The notes: generated by a model not told the origin, from the sequence alone. Counted from the stretch's first letter, positions 1-9,793 are shown. The stretch is DNA of 30,128 nucleotides from a virus (IMGVR_UViG_3300048892_000056:1-30128), one strand, 5' to 3'. Numbers and translations: made by a program.

Positions 1-127
1 ACGATGAACGCCGTCGATGCGCAGTTGATCGAGCAACTGAAGTGGACGGCGGAAACGGTCTGCAGTTGCTATCACGTCCAGCCGTACATGATCGGCGTCG
101 GCCCGCCGCCGCCGTACGCGAACGTCG
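1..127 (+). repeat. Terminal direct repeat, copy 1 (circular assembly overlap)
   Basis: Identical to 30002-30128; lies inside the portal CDS. Confidence 0.97.
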
Positions 128-600
128 AGCCGTTGCTGCAGCAGTACCTCGCGCAGTGCCTGCAGTCGTTGATGACGAATTTCGAGACGAGCCTCGACGA
201 GGGGCTCGGCATTCTCGATCCGCTCGCCGACGGCACGCAGTACGGCACGGAATTCGATATCGACGATCTGATCTGGATGGACACGGCGACCAAGACCGCC
301 GCGGCGAAAGACGGCATCGGCGGCGGCGGCATGTCGCCCGACGAAGCCCGCCGGAAGTACTTCGGGCTCGGACCCGTCACGGGCGGGCACACGCCGTACA
401 TGCAACAGCAAATGTTTTCGCTCGAGGCGCTCGCCCAGCGGGATGCGAATGATCCGTTTGCCAAGCCGCGGCCCGCCCCGACGGCGGTGCCGGCGATGGG
501 GCAGGCGCCCGAGGGCATGAAAGCCGCCGACCTCGACCTGACCGAGCTCGGCCGGATCCTGCGCCGCAAGGCGCTTGAACGGTGGTCCCGTGCTGCCTGA
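1..600 (+). CDS. Portal protein, HK97-like, C-terminal part (continues from 29156 across the junction; ~481 aa total)
   Basis: DAQLIEQLKWTAETVCSCYHV..MIG, FDIDDL, MSPDEAR..GL.PV.GG portal C-terminal motifs; in frame with ATG 29156. Confidence 0.92.
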   Translation, partial: TMNAVDAQLIEQLKWTAETVCSCYHVQPYMIGVGPPPPYANVEPLLQQYLAQCLQSLMTNFETSLDEGLGILDPLADGTQYGTEFDIDDLIWMDTATKTAAAKDGIGGGGMSPDEARRKYFGLGPVTGGHTPYMQQQMFSLEALAQRDANDPFAKPRPAPTAVPAMGQAPEGMKAADLDLTELGRILRRKALERWSRAA

Positions 601-1090
601 CGTCGACGCCTTCGCCGATCTCGTGCTGGACACGATGCAGACGGCCCTGGCGCCCATTCTGGAGAAGGTCGCGGTCCTCCAGGCCCGCCTCGACCACGTC
701 GCGAGCGCCGACCTCACCAAGGAGATCGGCGCGGTGCGCGAACGCCTGGCCGTACTCGAGACGCGGCCGCCCTTGCCGGGCCCGGCCGGCCAGGACGGGG
801 CGCCCGGCCCGCCGGGGAAGGACGGCGCCGACGGCACACCGGGGCTCGTCTATCGCGGCGTGTTCCTCGAGGGTCAGTGCTACGAGGTCGGCCATCTGGT
901 CACCTGGGCCGGGGCGACGTGGCACTGCAATGAACCGACGCTGACGAAACCCGGCGATGGGTCGAAGGCGTGGACCCTGATGGTCAAGAAGGGGAAAGAC
1001 GGCCGGGACGGCAAAGACGGCCTGGTCGGGCCGCCTGGGCCGGCCGGCAAAGACTGGCAGCAGGTCTACGAGGACACGAGGCGGCGATGA
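590..1090 (+). CDS. Head-associated protein with short collagen-like G-x-y repeats
   Basis: GPAGQDGAPGPPGKDGADG and GKDGRDGKDG repeats around YRGVF..VTW.G..WHC..KPG..WTL; sits between portal and head-tail connector; GTG 590 chosen (GGTGG upstream), ORF open from 575. Confidence 0.7.
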   Translation: MLPDVDAFADLVLDTMQTALAPILEKVAVLQARLDHVASADLTKEIGAVRERLAVLETRPPLPGPAGQDGAPGPPGKDGADGTPGLVYRGVFLEGQCYEVGHLVTWAGATWHCNEPTLTKPGDGSKAWTLMVKKGKDGRDGKDGLVGPPGPAGKDWQQVYEDTRRR

Positions 1091-1422
1091 CGGCCTTCGT
1101 GACGCTCGATCAGGTCAAGGCGCGCCTGCGGATTACCTCGACCGCCGAGGATGTCGATCTCCAGAGTCTCGCCGACGAGGCCGAGGCGCAGATCGTCGGC
1201 TGGTGCAGCACGACGCCGCGGGCGAAGGCCATCGCCGACACCTGGACCGACGAGACGACCGTGCCCAAGGTCGTCGTCGCGGCGATTCTGGTCCAGACGG
1301 CTGAACGCTATCGCTTCCGCGGCGATGACACGGAGGCCGTGCCGCGGCCGGACGAGCCGGGCGATCTCTCCGTGACCGTCCGCGAGCTCCTGCGCGCCTA
1401 TCACGACCCGGGGATCGCATGA
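1087..1422 (+). CDS. Head-tail connector (HK97 gp6 / SPP1 gp15-like)
   Basis: MTAFVTLDQVKARLRI..D..L..AE, VP.VV.AAIL...Y..R, V..LL..Y; ATGA overlap with the upstream gene. Confidence 0.85.
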   Translation: MTAFVTLDQVKARLRITSTAEDVDLQSLADEAEAQIVGWCSTTPRAKAIADTWTDETTVPKVVVAAILVQTAERYRFRGDDTEAVPRPDEPGDLSVTVRELLRAYHDPGIA

Positions 1423-1826
1423 GCCCGATGTCTGCCACGACCGCCGTCTATACCGCCGCCGGCCTGCGCCGCCACTCCGTGACGCTCGAGAACCCGGGCG
1501 GCTCCGTGCCCGATGGCGATGGCGGCTACATCGAGGGCTGGACCCTGGTCGAGACCGTGTGGGGCAGTGTGTCGCCGGCCTCCGCGGCCGACCTCCGGCG
1601 CGTCGTCGCCGGCACGGTGACCGCCTTGCTGCCGTATCTCATCATCGTGCCCTACGTGCCGGGCGTCACCACGCAGACGCGCATCACCTACGACAGCCGG
1701 ACCTTTGCCATCCAGGCCGTGCGGGACGTCGACGAACGGCATATCAAGCTCGAAATCATCTGTGAGGAACGGGTGAGCGGCGGCGCGGCCGGCATGAGCG
1801 TCGCCAGCAAGGGAGCGGTCGCGTGA
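1419..1826 (+). CDS. Head closure / head-tail adaptor (SPP1 gp16-like)
   Basis: AGLRRHSVTL..DG.GG...W..VW.SV.P, RI.YD.R.F.I..V.D; synteny. Confidence 0.85.
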   Translation: MSPMSATTAVYTAAGLRRHSVTLENPGGSVPDGDGGYIEGWTLVETVWGSVSPASAADLRRVVAGTVTALLPYLIIVPYVPGVTTQTRITYDSRTFAIQAVRDVDERHIKLEIICEERVSGGAAGMSVASKGAVA

Positions 1827-2236
1827 GCAGCGTCAATCTCTTCCTCGATGGGCTCGACGAGCTGCGGAAGGCCTTGCGGGACATGCCCGACGAGCTGACG
1901 AACGACGCGCTGGCGATCGTGGCGACCGCCGCGGCGGACACGGCGAGCGAGCTGCGCGGCGTCTACCCGAGCGGCTCGATGGAAGACGGCGTCGTCGTCA
2001 CGGACCGGAGCCATCAGTACCAGGCGCGGTTTGTGGTGGAGAGTCGGACGCCGCAGGCGAGCTGGTGGGAATACGGCACGGAGAACCGCCACACGCAACA
2101 GGGCTGGAACCGCGGATCCGAACCGGCGCACAAGGACACCGGCCTGGTGTCAATCGCGAAGCGCCATCGGGCGCGGATGACGGCCGCGCTCATCGCGCTC
2201 GTGCAGGCGGCCGGCTTCAATGTGACGGAGAGCTGA
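1823..2236 (+). CDS. HK97 gp10-like tail morphogenesis protein
   Basis: LDGLDELRKAL N-terminus and W.EYGT motif; synteny. Confidence 0.75.
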   Translation: MSSVNLFLDGLDELRKALRDMPDELTNDALAIVATAAADTASELRGVYPSGSMEDGVVVTDRSHQYQARFVVESRTPQASWWEYGTENRHTQQGWNRGSEPAHKDTGLVSIAKRHRARMTAALIALVQAAGFNVTES

Positions 2237-2237
2237 G

Positions 2238-2669
2238 ATGGACAGCGGCGCTGTCGACAGCGCGGTGCTGGGCCTGCTGCAGAACGACGCGACCCTGCGC
2301 GGCCTGCTGCCCGATGGCGTTTACTTCGATGCGGCGCCGCAGGGCTCGACACGGTTCGCGATCGTGTCCCTCTCGGATCACGAAGATACGTCGATGTTCG
2401 AGGGGAAGAAGGCCTTCGAGCGGTTCGAGTACTTCGTCAAGGCGGTCCTCTTCAGCAACAGCGCGAGTGACGCGCGCAAGGCCTGCACGCAGATTGACAA
2501 ATTGCTGCAGAACAGCGACTGGCTGCTCGCGCCGACCGGCTACAAGGTGATTCGGGCACAACGCGTGAGCTATCGCCGGTACAGCGAACCGGATGTGAAC
2601 CCGGCCGAGCACTGGCAGCACCAGGGCGGGACGTACGAACTCGAGGTCGTGCCGACGACCGAGGGCTAA
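2238..2669 (+). CDS. Tail terminator / tail completion protein
   Basis: L..DATL..LL..GVYFD.AP motif; immediately before the tail tube gene. Confidence 0.7.
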   Translation: MDSGAVDSAVLGLLQNDATLRGLLPDGVYFDAAPQGSTRFAIVSLSDHEDTSMFEGKKAFERFEYFVKAVLFSNSASDARKACTQIDKLLQNSDWLLAPTGYKVIRAQRVSYRRYSEPDVNPAEHWQHQGGTYELEVVPTTEG

Positions 2670-2692
2670 CGCACACACAGGGAAGGTGACCG

Positions 2693-3160
2693 ATGAACCG
2701 GATGCATGGATCAAAGGGCGAGATCAAAGCGGACCCCACGGGCGTCGGGGGTCCGACCGCCGTCGTGGTGGGCTCCATGAACGCCTGGACGCTGAACATG
2801 GCCCGCGACAAGACGGACGTGACGGCGTTTCAGGACGTCAACAAGGTCTACGTGCAAGGGCTGCCGGATATCAAAGGCACGCTCGGCGGGTGGTTCGATT
2901 CGGACGAGCTGACGATCTTCGATATCGCGCTCGGCGATATCGCGTGTTTCCTGGAACTCGTCCCGAGCACGCTCATCACGCCGACGCCGATCATGTGGTC
3001 GGGTAAGGCCTGGCTCGATGCCTCGCTCGATGTGAAGGCGACCGGGGCCGTCAGCGTGTCTGGCAATTTCGTCGCCGCCGATGCGTGGTCGCGCACCGGG
3101 GGGACGACGCTCCTGACGCGCGGGCCCGCGCCGGACGCGGCACCCCGCGCCGCCGCGTAA
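2693..3160 (+). CDS. Major tail (tube) protein
   Basis: WTLN...D..DVT.F.D..K.YV.GL.D..G...G pattern of siphoviral tube proteins; GGAAGG RBS; synteny. Confidence 0.8.
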   Translation: MNRMHGSKGEIKADPTGVGGPTAVVVGSMNAWTLNMARDKTDVTAFQDVNKVYVQGLPDIKGTLGGWFDSDELTIFDIALGDIACFLELVPSTLITPTPIMWSGKAWLDASLDVKATGAVSVSGNFVAADAWSRTGGTTLLTRGPAPDAAPRAAA

Positions 3161-3167
3161 GCGCGCG

Positions 3168-3491
3168 ATGCCGGGACGCAAGGCCGGCACGGTCGTCGGC
3201 GGCATTCACGGGCGGCTCCAGTGGCATTACCACGTGGCCGCGGACGTCCAGGGCTTCACCGTCGATCGGGATGAGCGGGGCCAGTTGTTTTTGCGGGCGG
3301 CGGTCACGACGTTCAACGAGTACCGCCTGGCGCAAACGCCGCTGACCTTCATCGTGACCGTGAAGGGCGGCGAGTGGACCTGGCCCGTCGTCAAGGTGCT
3401 GTCCTTCGCGGACCACGCCTTGTGGGCGCACCTCGGCGCGCCCCTCGCGAAACCCAGGAGGACCGAGACCCATGTGGAGCCCGTTTGTTGA
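3168..3491 (+). CDS. Hypothetical tail-region protein
   Basis: 107-aa ORF filling the gap between tube and chaperone genes; beta-rich, phage-like codon usage. Confidence 0.6.
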   Translation: MPGRKAGTVVGGIHGRLQWHYHVAADVQGFTVDRDERGQLFLRAAVTTFNEYRLAQTPLTFIVTVKGGEWTWPVVKVLSFADHALWAHLGAPLAKPRRTETHVEPVC

Positions 3492-3870
3492 TCCCGCCGT
3501 CGTCCGGCTGCCGTTGACCCATCACCAGTGGATCGACGTCAAGCGTGAACTCACGTACGGGGAAACCGAAGACATGTACGCCCGGATGCGGCGGCAGTTC
3601 GGGCCGAACGAACCGCCGACGCTCGACCCGACCCGGATCGGGCGGGCGCGGATGTCGGCGTTTATCGTCGCGTGGTCGTTCGTGGACCCGAGTGGCACCC
3701 CGGTCCCGGTGAGCGAGGCCGCGTTTGCCGACCTCAAGCCGGCCATCGCGCGCGACATCCGCGACGCCCTCGAGCAACACGAAGAGGACGTCCAGCGGCG
3801 GCAGGACGTGGAAAAAAACGACCCGGATGGCGCGAGCGTCTCCAGTCCGATTTCGCCATCTGTCAGCTAA
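3472..3870 (+). CDS. Tail assembly chaperone (lambda gpG-like)
   Basis: AGGAGG RBS; IVAWSFVD..G.PVP motif; upstream of tape measure; slippery site near the 3' end. Confidence 0.8.
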   Translation: MWSPFVDPAVVRLPLTHHQWIDVKRELTYGETEDMYARMRRQFGPNEPPTLDPTRIGRARMSAFIVAWSFVDPSGTPVPVSEAAFADLKPAIARDIRDALEQHEEDVQRRQDVEKNDPDGASVSSPISPSVS

Positions 3871-3977
3871 TGCACTGGACCGTGCCCCAGGTGCGCGCCT
3901 TGACGCCGAATCAGTACGCGGCCCTGGTGCAGTGGCTCACGGCGCAGCAGGCCGCGACGCGCGGCGAGGAGGGCTAG
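3813..3977 (+). other. Programmed -1 frameshift (A AAA AAC, 3813-3819) and gpGT-like extension ending at TAG 3977
   Basis: Heptamer in the correct phase (GAA AAA AAC); -1 frame reads RPGWRERLQSDFAICQLMHWTVPQVRALTP... up to 3 nt before the tape-measure start. Confidence 0.85.
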
Positions 3978-3980
3978 CCC

Positions 3981-6305
3981 GTGGGCGTCAATGCGAATTT
4001 CGTCGCGGACTTCTCCACGTTCCTGTCGGCCCTCCAGGCCGCCGACGTGGCCCTGGCGGACTTCGGCAAAGGCGCGGACACGGTCGGCACGAAGCTGAAC
4101 AACATGGTCGACAAGTTCAGCGGCCGGCAGATCATCCAGCAGGCCAACGAGCTCGTCGTCGCGATCGACAAGGTCGGCGGCGCGACGACGCTCACCGCGA
4201 ATGAACAAGCGAAACTGAACGCGACGCTAAACGAGGCCATCGCGAAATACCAGGCCATCGGCGAGGACGTCCCGCCCGGGATGCAGAAGCTGGCCGACGA
4301 GACGAAGCAGGCGAGCACGGATACGACCTCGTGGGTCGGGGCGCTGGAATCCCTCGCCGGGGCCTTCGGGATCGCGTTCAGCGTGGGGGCAGTCGTCAAC
4401 TTCGGCAAGGAACTGTTCGCCGACGCGACGGCCCTCAATACCCTGAGTCAGCAAACGCGCATCAGCGTTGAAGACTTGCAGGTCCTGACCGCGGCGACGG
4501 CCGACTTCGGCGTCGGCGGCGAGGAGCTCGGGCGCGCCCTGTTCAACCTGCAGCAGCGGATCGCCGGCGGCGACCAGAGCGTCGTGCACGCCTACGCGTT
4601 GATGGGGATCAGCCTCGACGACCTGCGCGACAAGGACGCGAAAACGCTGTTCCTCGAGACCGAGCGCGGCCTCGGCACGCTGGCGGGGGCCCTGCAGGAT
4701 GCGGCGGCGAAGGACCTGTATGGCGGCAAGCTCGGGTCGTCGATGGTCGCGCTGTCCGGCGGCCTTGATGACGCGATGGCGAAGACGAAGGATCTCAATG
4801 TCGCGACCGCTGACTCGGTCAAAGCGATGGCCGAGTACAGCGACGCCATCAACCGCACGAGCACCTCGTTCAAAAACTGGGTCACCGAGGGCATCGGCGG
4901 CGCCATTGGCGGGATTGAGAACCTGCACAAGGCAATGGGCCAGGGCGGCCTGATGGACGACCTCAAGATCGTCGGCGCGGGCTGGCTGGACTGGGCGCAG
5001 ACACAAATCACGGGCGTGCAGCATGCCGAACATCTCGCCAGCGTGTTCGACAGCCTGAACCAGAAAACCGCCGAGAACACCAAAGTCACCGAGGCGAGCA
5101 ACCAGCAGCACGCGGCCGCGAAGGCCCCGCTCGACGCGCACGCCGAGGCGATTCGGTACATGGAGACGATCCAGGGCCAGTCGGGCAAGGCGCTGCTCGA
5201 CTGGCAAGTGCAGTACCTCGATCAGCTCCGGGCGATCGGGCAACTCGACGCGCAACACGCGAGCGGCATCGGCGTGACGGTCCAGCAATTGGACAAATAC
5301 AAGGCCGGCCTCGAGGCGGCGACGAAGGCGCAGGCCGAGCTGGCGAAGGCCCAGGCCGAGGCGGACGCCATCGCGCTCGACTCCTATAACAAGCGCATCA
5401 AGTCGCTCGAGACGGTCACGCAGGCGACGCTGAAGGCCTACAGCTTTGACGGGCAGATCGGGCAGCTCCAGGCCTTGATGGCCGCCGAGGAGGATCTCGC
5501 CCGGTCGGTGTACGCGCAGGTCGAGTCGGAAAAAACGCGGATGAAGATCCTCGAGGACCTGGCCGCGAAGCGCACCGCGATCGCGCAGCAGATGGCCGCG
5601 CTCGAGGCGAAGCACGCGCAGGTCGTCAACCAGCAGGTCATCGACGAGCTCGGCGCCCGGGCGAAAGTGCTCGAGGCCTACGGGCAGAACGTCGACGGGA
5701 CGCAGAAGATCGTCAGCGCCCAACAGACGCTGCAGGTGGCGCTCGACGCCCTCCACGCCAAGAAGCAAGAGGGCATCTCGCAGTACTACCAGGAACAGGC
5801 GTTGATGGATCAGTTCCTGAAAGACCAGGACGCCGAGACGGCGGCCATCAACAAAGCCGCGGCCGCGAATGATGCGGAGACGGCCTCCGTGCAGCGGAAA
5901 ACGCAAGCCAAAAAAGACGACCGCGACAGCTTCTCGCTCGCGGGCGGGGCGCCCGTCCCCAGCAAGTTCGCCGGGATGTCGAACATCCAACTGCACAGCA
6001 TGGGCTATCTCGACATGTACGACCGCGTCACGGTCATGGGCGAGGCGGCCGGTCTGGGGGATAGTGGCGGGCCGATTCGCCCGCGCGCGAGTGGAGGCCC
6101 CGTCGAGGCCGGGACGCCCTACCTCGTCGGCGAGCAGGGCCCCGAACTGTTCGTGCCGGCGAGCAATGGCTCGATCGCGGCGAATGGCAGCGCGGGCGTC
6201 GTCGTGCACAACACGTTCAACATCGTCGACACCGAAAGCAATATCGCCCGCCGGGTGTCAGACCAGATCACGCGGTCGGTGATGCGCAGCGCGAGGCTGT
6301 CGTAA
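3981..6305 (+). CDS. Tape measure protein (774 aa)
   Basis: Long Ala/Gln-rich helical protein after the chaperones; C-terminal RASGGPV..G.PYLVGEQGPELFVP motif. Confidence 0.92.
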   Translation: MGVNANFVADFSTFLSALQAADVALADFGKGADTVGTKLNNMVDKFSGRQIIQQANELVVAIDKVGGATTLTANEQAKLNATLNEAIAKYQAIGEDVPPGMQKLADETKQASTDTTSWVGALESLAGAFGIAFSVGAVVNFGKELFADATALNTLSQQTRISVEDLQVLTAATADFGVGGEELGRALFNLQQRIAGGDQSVVHAYALMGISLDDLRDKDAKTLFLETERGLGTLAGALQDAAAKDLYGGKLGSSMVALSGGLDDAMAKTKDLNVATADSVKAMAEYSDAINRTSTSFKNWVTEGIGGAIGGIENLHKAMGQGGLMDDLKIVGAGWLDWAQTQITGVQHAEHLASVFDSLNQKTAENTKVTEASNQQHAAAKAPLDAHAEAIRYMETIQGQSGKALLDWQVQYLDQLRAIGQLDAQHASGIGVTVQQLDKYKAGLEAATKAQAELAKAQAEADAIALDSYNKRIKSLETVTQATLKAYSFDGQIGQLQALMAAEEDLARSVYAQVESEKTRMKILEDLAAKRTAIAQQMAALEAKHAQVVNQQVIDELGARAKVLEAYGQNVDGTQKIVSAQQTLQVALDALHAKKQEGISQYYQEQALMDQFLKDQDAETAAINKAAAANDAETASVQRKTQAKKDDRDSFSLAGGAPVPSKFAGMSNIQLHSMGYLDMYDRVTVMGEAAGLGDSGGPIRPRASGGPVEAGTPYLVGEQGPELFVPASNGSIAANGSAGVVVHNTFNIVDTESNIARRVSDQITRSVMRSARLS

Positions 6306-8981
6306 ATGCCGTCGCCGCCGAATGACCAGTACGCCATCCTCGGGCACCGGCTCGGGTTCCGCCTGGCCTACCAACCCGCCGAACTGCGGCGCGCCCGCGA
6401 GACGTGGGTCACGGCCGCGCTCGATGGGCAGTACGTCAAGATCCGCCGGAACTCGGTCACGATTCATGACGTCATCAACGACACGCCCAACACCTGCCAG
6501 GTGACCGTCGATGCAGCGACCCCCCCCGTCATCAACCAACGCCTCACCATCCGCATCAACAGCAACGCGCCGCGGACGCTGTTCGCGGGGCCCCTGCAGA
6601 CCGTCGGCTTGAGCTACGAGCTCCAGCCCCACCAGACGGTGTACGACTGCGCGGCCATCGACGACACCCCGGTCGCGAATCGCCGGCTGCCGTTTGGCAC
6701 GTGGACGGACACGTCGGCCTCGGAGATCGCGACGTACCTCGTCGTGAGTTTCTGCCCGGCCGGGTTTTCAACCGCCGGGGTGCAGGCGAACCTCCCGGCC
6801 GTGGCCGTCAACTTCGATTCGAGTGAGGGGATGGACGGGTGTCTGCGCCAGCTCGCGAAGTTGATCGGCGGCTATTTCTACTGGGAGGAACGCACCCTCC
6901 ATTTGTTCACGACCGAAGCGCTCGACCCGCCGGATCCGATCGACGCGACGCACCCGTTCCTGGCGTCCCCGCCCATTCACGTCGCCACCGAGACCTCGCA
7001 GATCCGCACGCGCGTGTACGGGAAAGGCCACGGAGAACAGATCGTGGCCGACGTGAGCCCCAACTCGCCGACGGTGCCGATCAGCAATGCGGTGATGTTC
7101 AATCCAGCCGGCGGGCAAGCGACGACGGGCACGCAACGCCTCCGCTACACCGGGACGGACCTCGGCGGCGGCGGTTCGCTCGTCGGCCCTGGCATCGGCC
7201 CGTCCGCGAGCCCGGCGCTCGCCGCGCTCGACGGGTACGGCGTGACGCCTGGTCCGCACTGGTACACCGTCACCTACAAAACCGCCGCCGGGGAATCGCT
7301 GATCGGCCCCGGCAACTTCATCACCGTCGCGTCACGCGCCGCGCCAACGACGCCCGTCACGTTCCCGAAGCCGAATGCGTTCGTCGCGTCCGGCGGCGTG
7401 GACCCCGGCGATCACAGCTATGCCTATACGGACGTGACGGCCGCGGGGGAAACGCTGCCCGGCCCGTCACTCGCCATCACCGTGCGGGCCGTGCCGCCGC
7501 CGCCCGCAAACTTTGCGCCACTGATTCAGCGGTCTGGACCCACGAACAACGGTGTGACGCCGCAAGGGAAGTGGGTGATCGGCGCGACTGTGTCCTTTCA
7601 ATTCGCGTACAGCAATATCGACGGGCAGCCCTATTTAAACGAAACGGTGCTCTCGATCTCGTCGCCGTCCGTCGTCCTCCCAGAGTGGGCACCCGGCGGC
7701 GGTTCCTTCTATTCGCCCATTACCATACAGGTGCCGTACTCGAATGACCCGCTCGTCAAATACATCCACGTCTGGGGGTTTGTCCTCTCGGGACCAGCGG
7801 GCGGCGACACCGTGCAACGGTATTGTGGAACGGCCCAGAACTACGTCAACGGCGGTAGCGGCCCGTGGATCGATTGCGGGAATCACGGTGACATCCCGTA
7901 TCCCGGCGCGAATCCGAACCTGAAGCAAGTCACCGTCACGGTCCCGGCGACGGCCGACCCGAACGTCACGAACCGCAACCTCTATCGCACGACGGCCGGG
8001 ACGGCGCAACTGAAGTACCGCGTCACGTTCGGCCCGTCGGGCGGCACGCTCGACGACACGCTGCCGGATGCGAGTCTCGGCGTAAATGTGATCACGACGC
8101 CGACCGCCGCCGCGCAGCGCATCGCCTTGTCGGGGATTCCGCTCGGGGCCTCGGGGGTCATCGCCCGCAACATCTACCGGACCGCCGTCACAAACCAGGC
8201 GCTGTACAAACTCGTCGCCACGCTCGGCGACAACACGACGACGACGTACCTCGACACGGCGGCCGACGCCGCGCTCGGCGTCAGTCCCCCGACAGGCGAC
8301 ACGTCGGGCCTCAAGCAACCAGACGGCGTCGTGCTCGCGGGTGCGCCATCGATTGTCGTCGCTGGGGCCGGATGGGCGCGGCCGCTCGGCGGCTGGGCGG
8401 TGATCGGGAACGGCGAAGTGGTCTTTCGCTACACCGGGATCAGTGGCAACGCGCTCACGGGCATTCCGACCTTTGGGCCCGGCGCGATCACGGCGACCGT
8501 GTCGTATGGGTCCACGATCACCGCCGCCGCGATGCTGCTCGGCGTGACCAACCTGGCCTTGGGGCTGATCAAAGGCGCCGGCATCAATCTCTGGATCGAG
8601 CGCAATGACCTGACCGCGCAAGCGGCGCTCACGGCCCGCGACGGGTCCGACGGGATCATTGAACATCTGATCACCGACGAGCGCCGGGGCGAAACCTCGT
8701 TGACCCAGCTCTGTGATGCGGACCTGAAACAGTATGCGTATCCGATTCAGACCGTCACGTACGCCACGCGTGACTCGAAAACCAAGAGCGGCAAACCGAT
8801 CGCGTTCAATCTGGCCTCGCCCATGATTCAGGGCACCTTGACGATTCAGGAGGTCACGATCACCGAAATCAACTACGCGGTGGGGCTGCCGCCCCGGTTC
8901 ACCGTGACGGCCTCCAGCGTCCGGTTCTCGCTGGAAGATATCCTCCGGCGCCTCGGCGGCAGTCTCGACGTCACGACGTAA
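6306..8981 (+). CDS. Tail tip / hub protein with inserted beta-sandwich repeats (891 aa)
   Basis: Directly after tape measure; hub-like segments (LRQLAKLIGGYFYW, QIRTRVYGKG, DGIIEH); Thr/Gly/Pro-rich repeated modules. Confidence 0.75.
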   Translation: MPSPPNDQYAILGHRLGFRLAYQPAELRRARETWVTAALDGQYVKIRRNSVTIHDVINDTPNTCQVTVDAATPPVINQRLTIRINSNAPRTLFAGPLQTVGLSYELQPHQTVYDCAAIDDTPVANRRLPFGTWTDTSASEIATYLVVSFCPAGFSTAGVQANLPAVAVNFDSSEGMDGCLRQLAKLIGGYFYWEERTLHLFTTEALDPPDPIDATHPFLASPPIHVATETSQIRTRVYGKGHGEQIVADVSPNSPTVPISNAVMFNPAGGQATTGTQRLRYTGTDLGGGGSLVGPGIGPSASPALAALDGYGVTPGPHWYTVTYKTAAGESLIGPGNFITVASRAAPTTPVTFPKPNAFVASGGVDPGDHSYAYTDVTAAGETLPGPSLAITVRAVPPPPANFAPLIQRSGPTNNGVTPQGKWVIGATVSFQFAYSNIDGQPYLNETVLSISSPSVVLPEWAPGGGSFYSPITIQVPYSNDPLVKYIHVWGFVLSGPAGGDTVQRYCGTAQNYVNGGSGPWIDCGNHGDIPYPGANPNLKQVTVTVPATADPNVTNRNLYRTTAGTAQLKYRVTFGPSGGTLDDTLPDASLGVNVITTPTAAAQRIALSGIPLGASGVIARNIYRTAVTNQALYKLVATLGDNTTTTYLDTAADAALGVSPPTGDTSGLKQPDGVVLAGAPSIVVAGAGWARPLGGWAVIGNGEVVFRYTGISGNALTGIPTFGPGAITATVSYGSTITAAAMLLGVTNLALGLIKGAGINLWIERNDLTAQAALTARDGSDGIIEHLITDERRGETSLTQLCDADLKQYAYPIQTVTYATRDSKTKSGKPIAFNLASPMIQGTLTIQEVTITEINYAVGLPPRFTVTASSVRFSLEDILRRLGGSLDVTT

Positions 8982-8995
8982 CAGGGAAGGACGGC

Positions 8996-9793
8996 ATGGC
9001 CCCGATCACGATCAACCGCAACCCGTATAACGCGCTCGTCGACGACAGCGGGCAGAACCTCGACGGCTCGCTGTGGGACAAGGCCGCGATCAAGGGCGTG
9101 CTGCTCGACCCGATTGACGCCGCGCTCGCCGCCGTCCCCGTGGACGCCGCGACCGGCAAGATCCTCGACTCGGCGCTGTCCACGAACGTGGCGAAGCTCG
9201 CGACCGCGCAGACGTTCACCCAGGCCAATAACTTCAACGCCAACGTGGCGGTGTATGGGCAATTGTCGGCCGCTGGCGCAAATCTCGTCGTTGGCTCCTC
9301 GACTCCGGCGTACATCGACGGCGGGCTGATTCTGCGATCCGCGCTCAACATGCGCGACTCGCCCGCCGGGGGACCGCTGCTCTTTCCCGCCACGCAAAAC
9401 GCCAGCACCGATCCCAACGGTCTCGACGACTACGAGGAGGGCGTGTGGACGCCGACGGACGGCAGCGGGGCCGGCCTGGCGTTCACCACCATCTCCGCGG
9501 CGTATGTCAAAAACGGGCAGATGGTCACGCTGGCGTGCGCGTTCACGTTTCCCACGACTGCGCACACCGCCGGGGCCACGGTGGGCGGCTTGCCGTTTCC
9601 CGTGTCCGCGATCGTCGCGAGCGCCTGGGGCGGGGCGCTCGGCTACACGACGATTAGCCAGCCGGCGCTCTGGATCGGGATCGCCAACGCCACCATCGCG
9701 CAGTGCTTCACCAATGCTGGCGCGGCGATTCAAAACAGTGCCTGGAGCGGACGGACGTGCTCGTTCAGCATGACGTACCGCGCCGCCGGCTAA
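8996..9793 (+). CDS. Tail fibre / receptor-binding protein
   Basis: LDDYEEGVWTP...YVKNGQMV...GLPF C-terminal fibre-type domain; position. Confidence 0.7.
   Translation: MAPITINRNPYNALVDDSGQNLDGSLWDKAAIKGVLLDPIDAALAAVPVDAATGKILDSALSTNVAKLATAQTFTQANNFNANVAVYGQLSAAGANLVVGSSTPAYIDGGLILRSALNMRDSPAGGPLLFPATQNASTDPNGLDDYEEGVWTPTDGSGAGLAFTTISAAYVKNGQMVTLACAFTFPTTAHTAGATVGGLPFPVSAIVASAWGGALGYTTISQPALWIGIANATIAQCFTNAGAAIQNSAWSGRTCSFSMTYRAAG

Noticed and set aside
4227-6209. Long antisense ORFs (also 26361-28253, 10820-12064, 28721-30076, 7635-8666)
   Set aside because: Shadow ORFs of high-GC genes; Arg/Gly-rich with no motifs, and opposite well-supported genes
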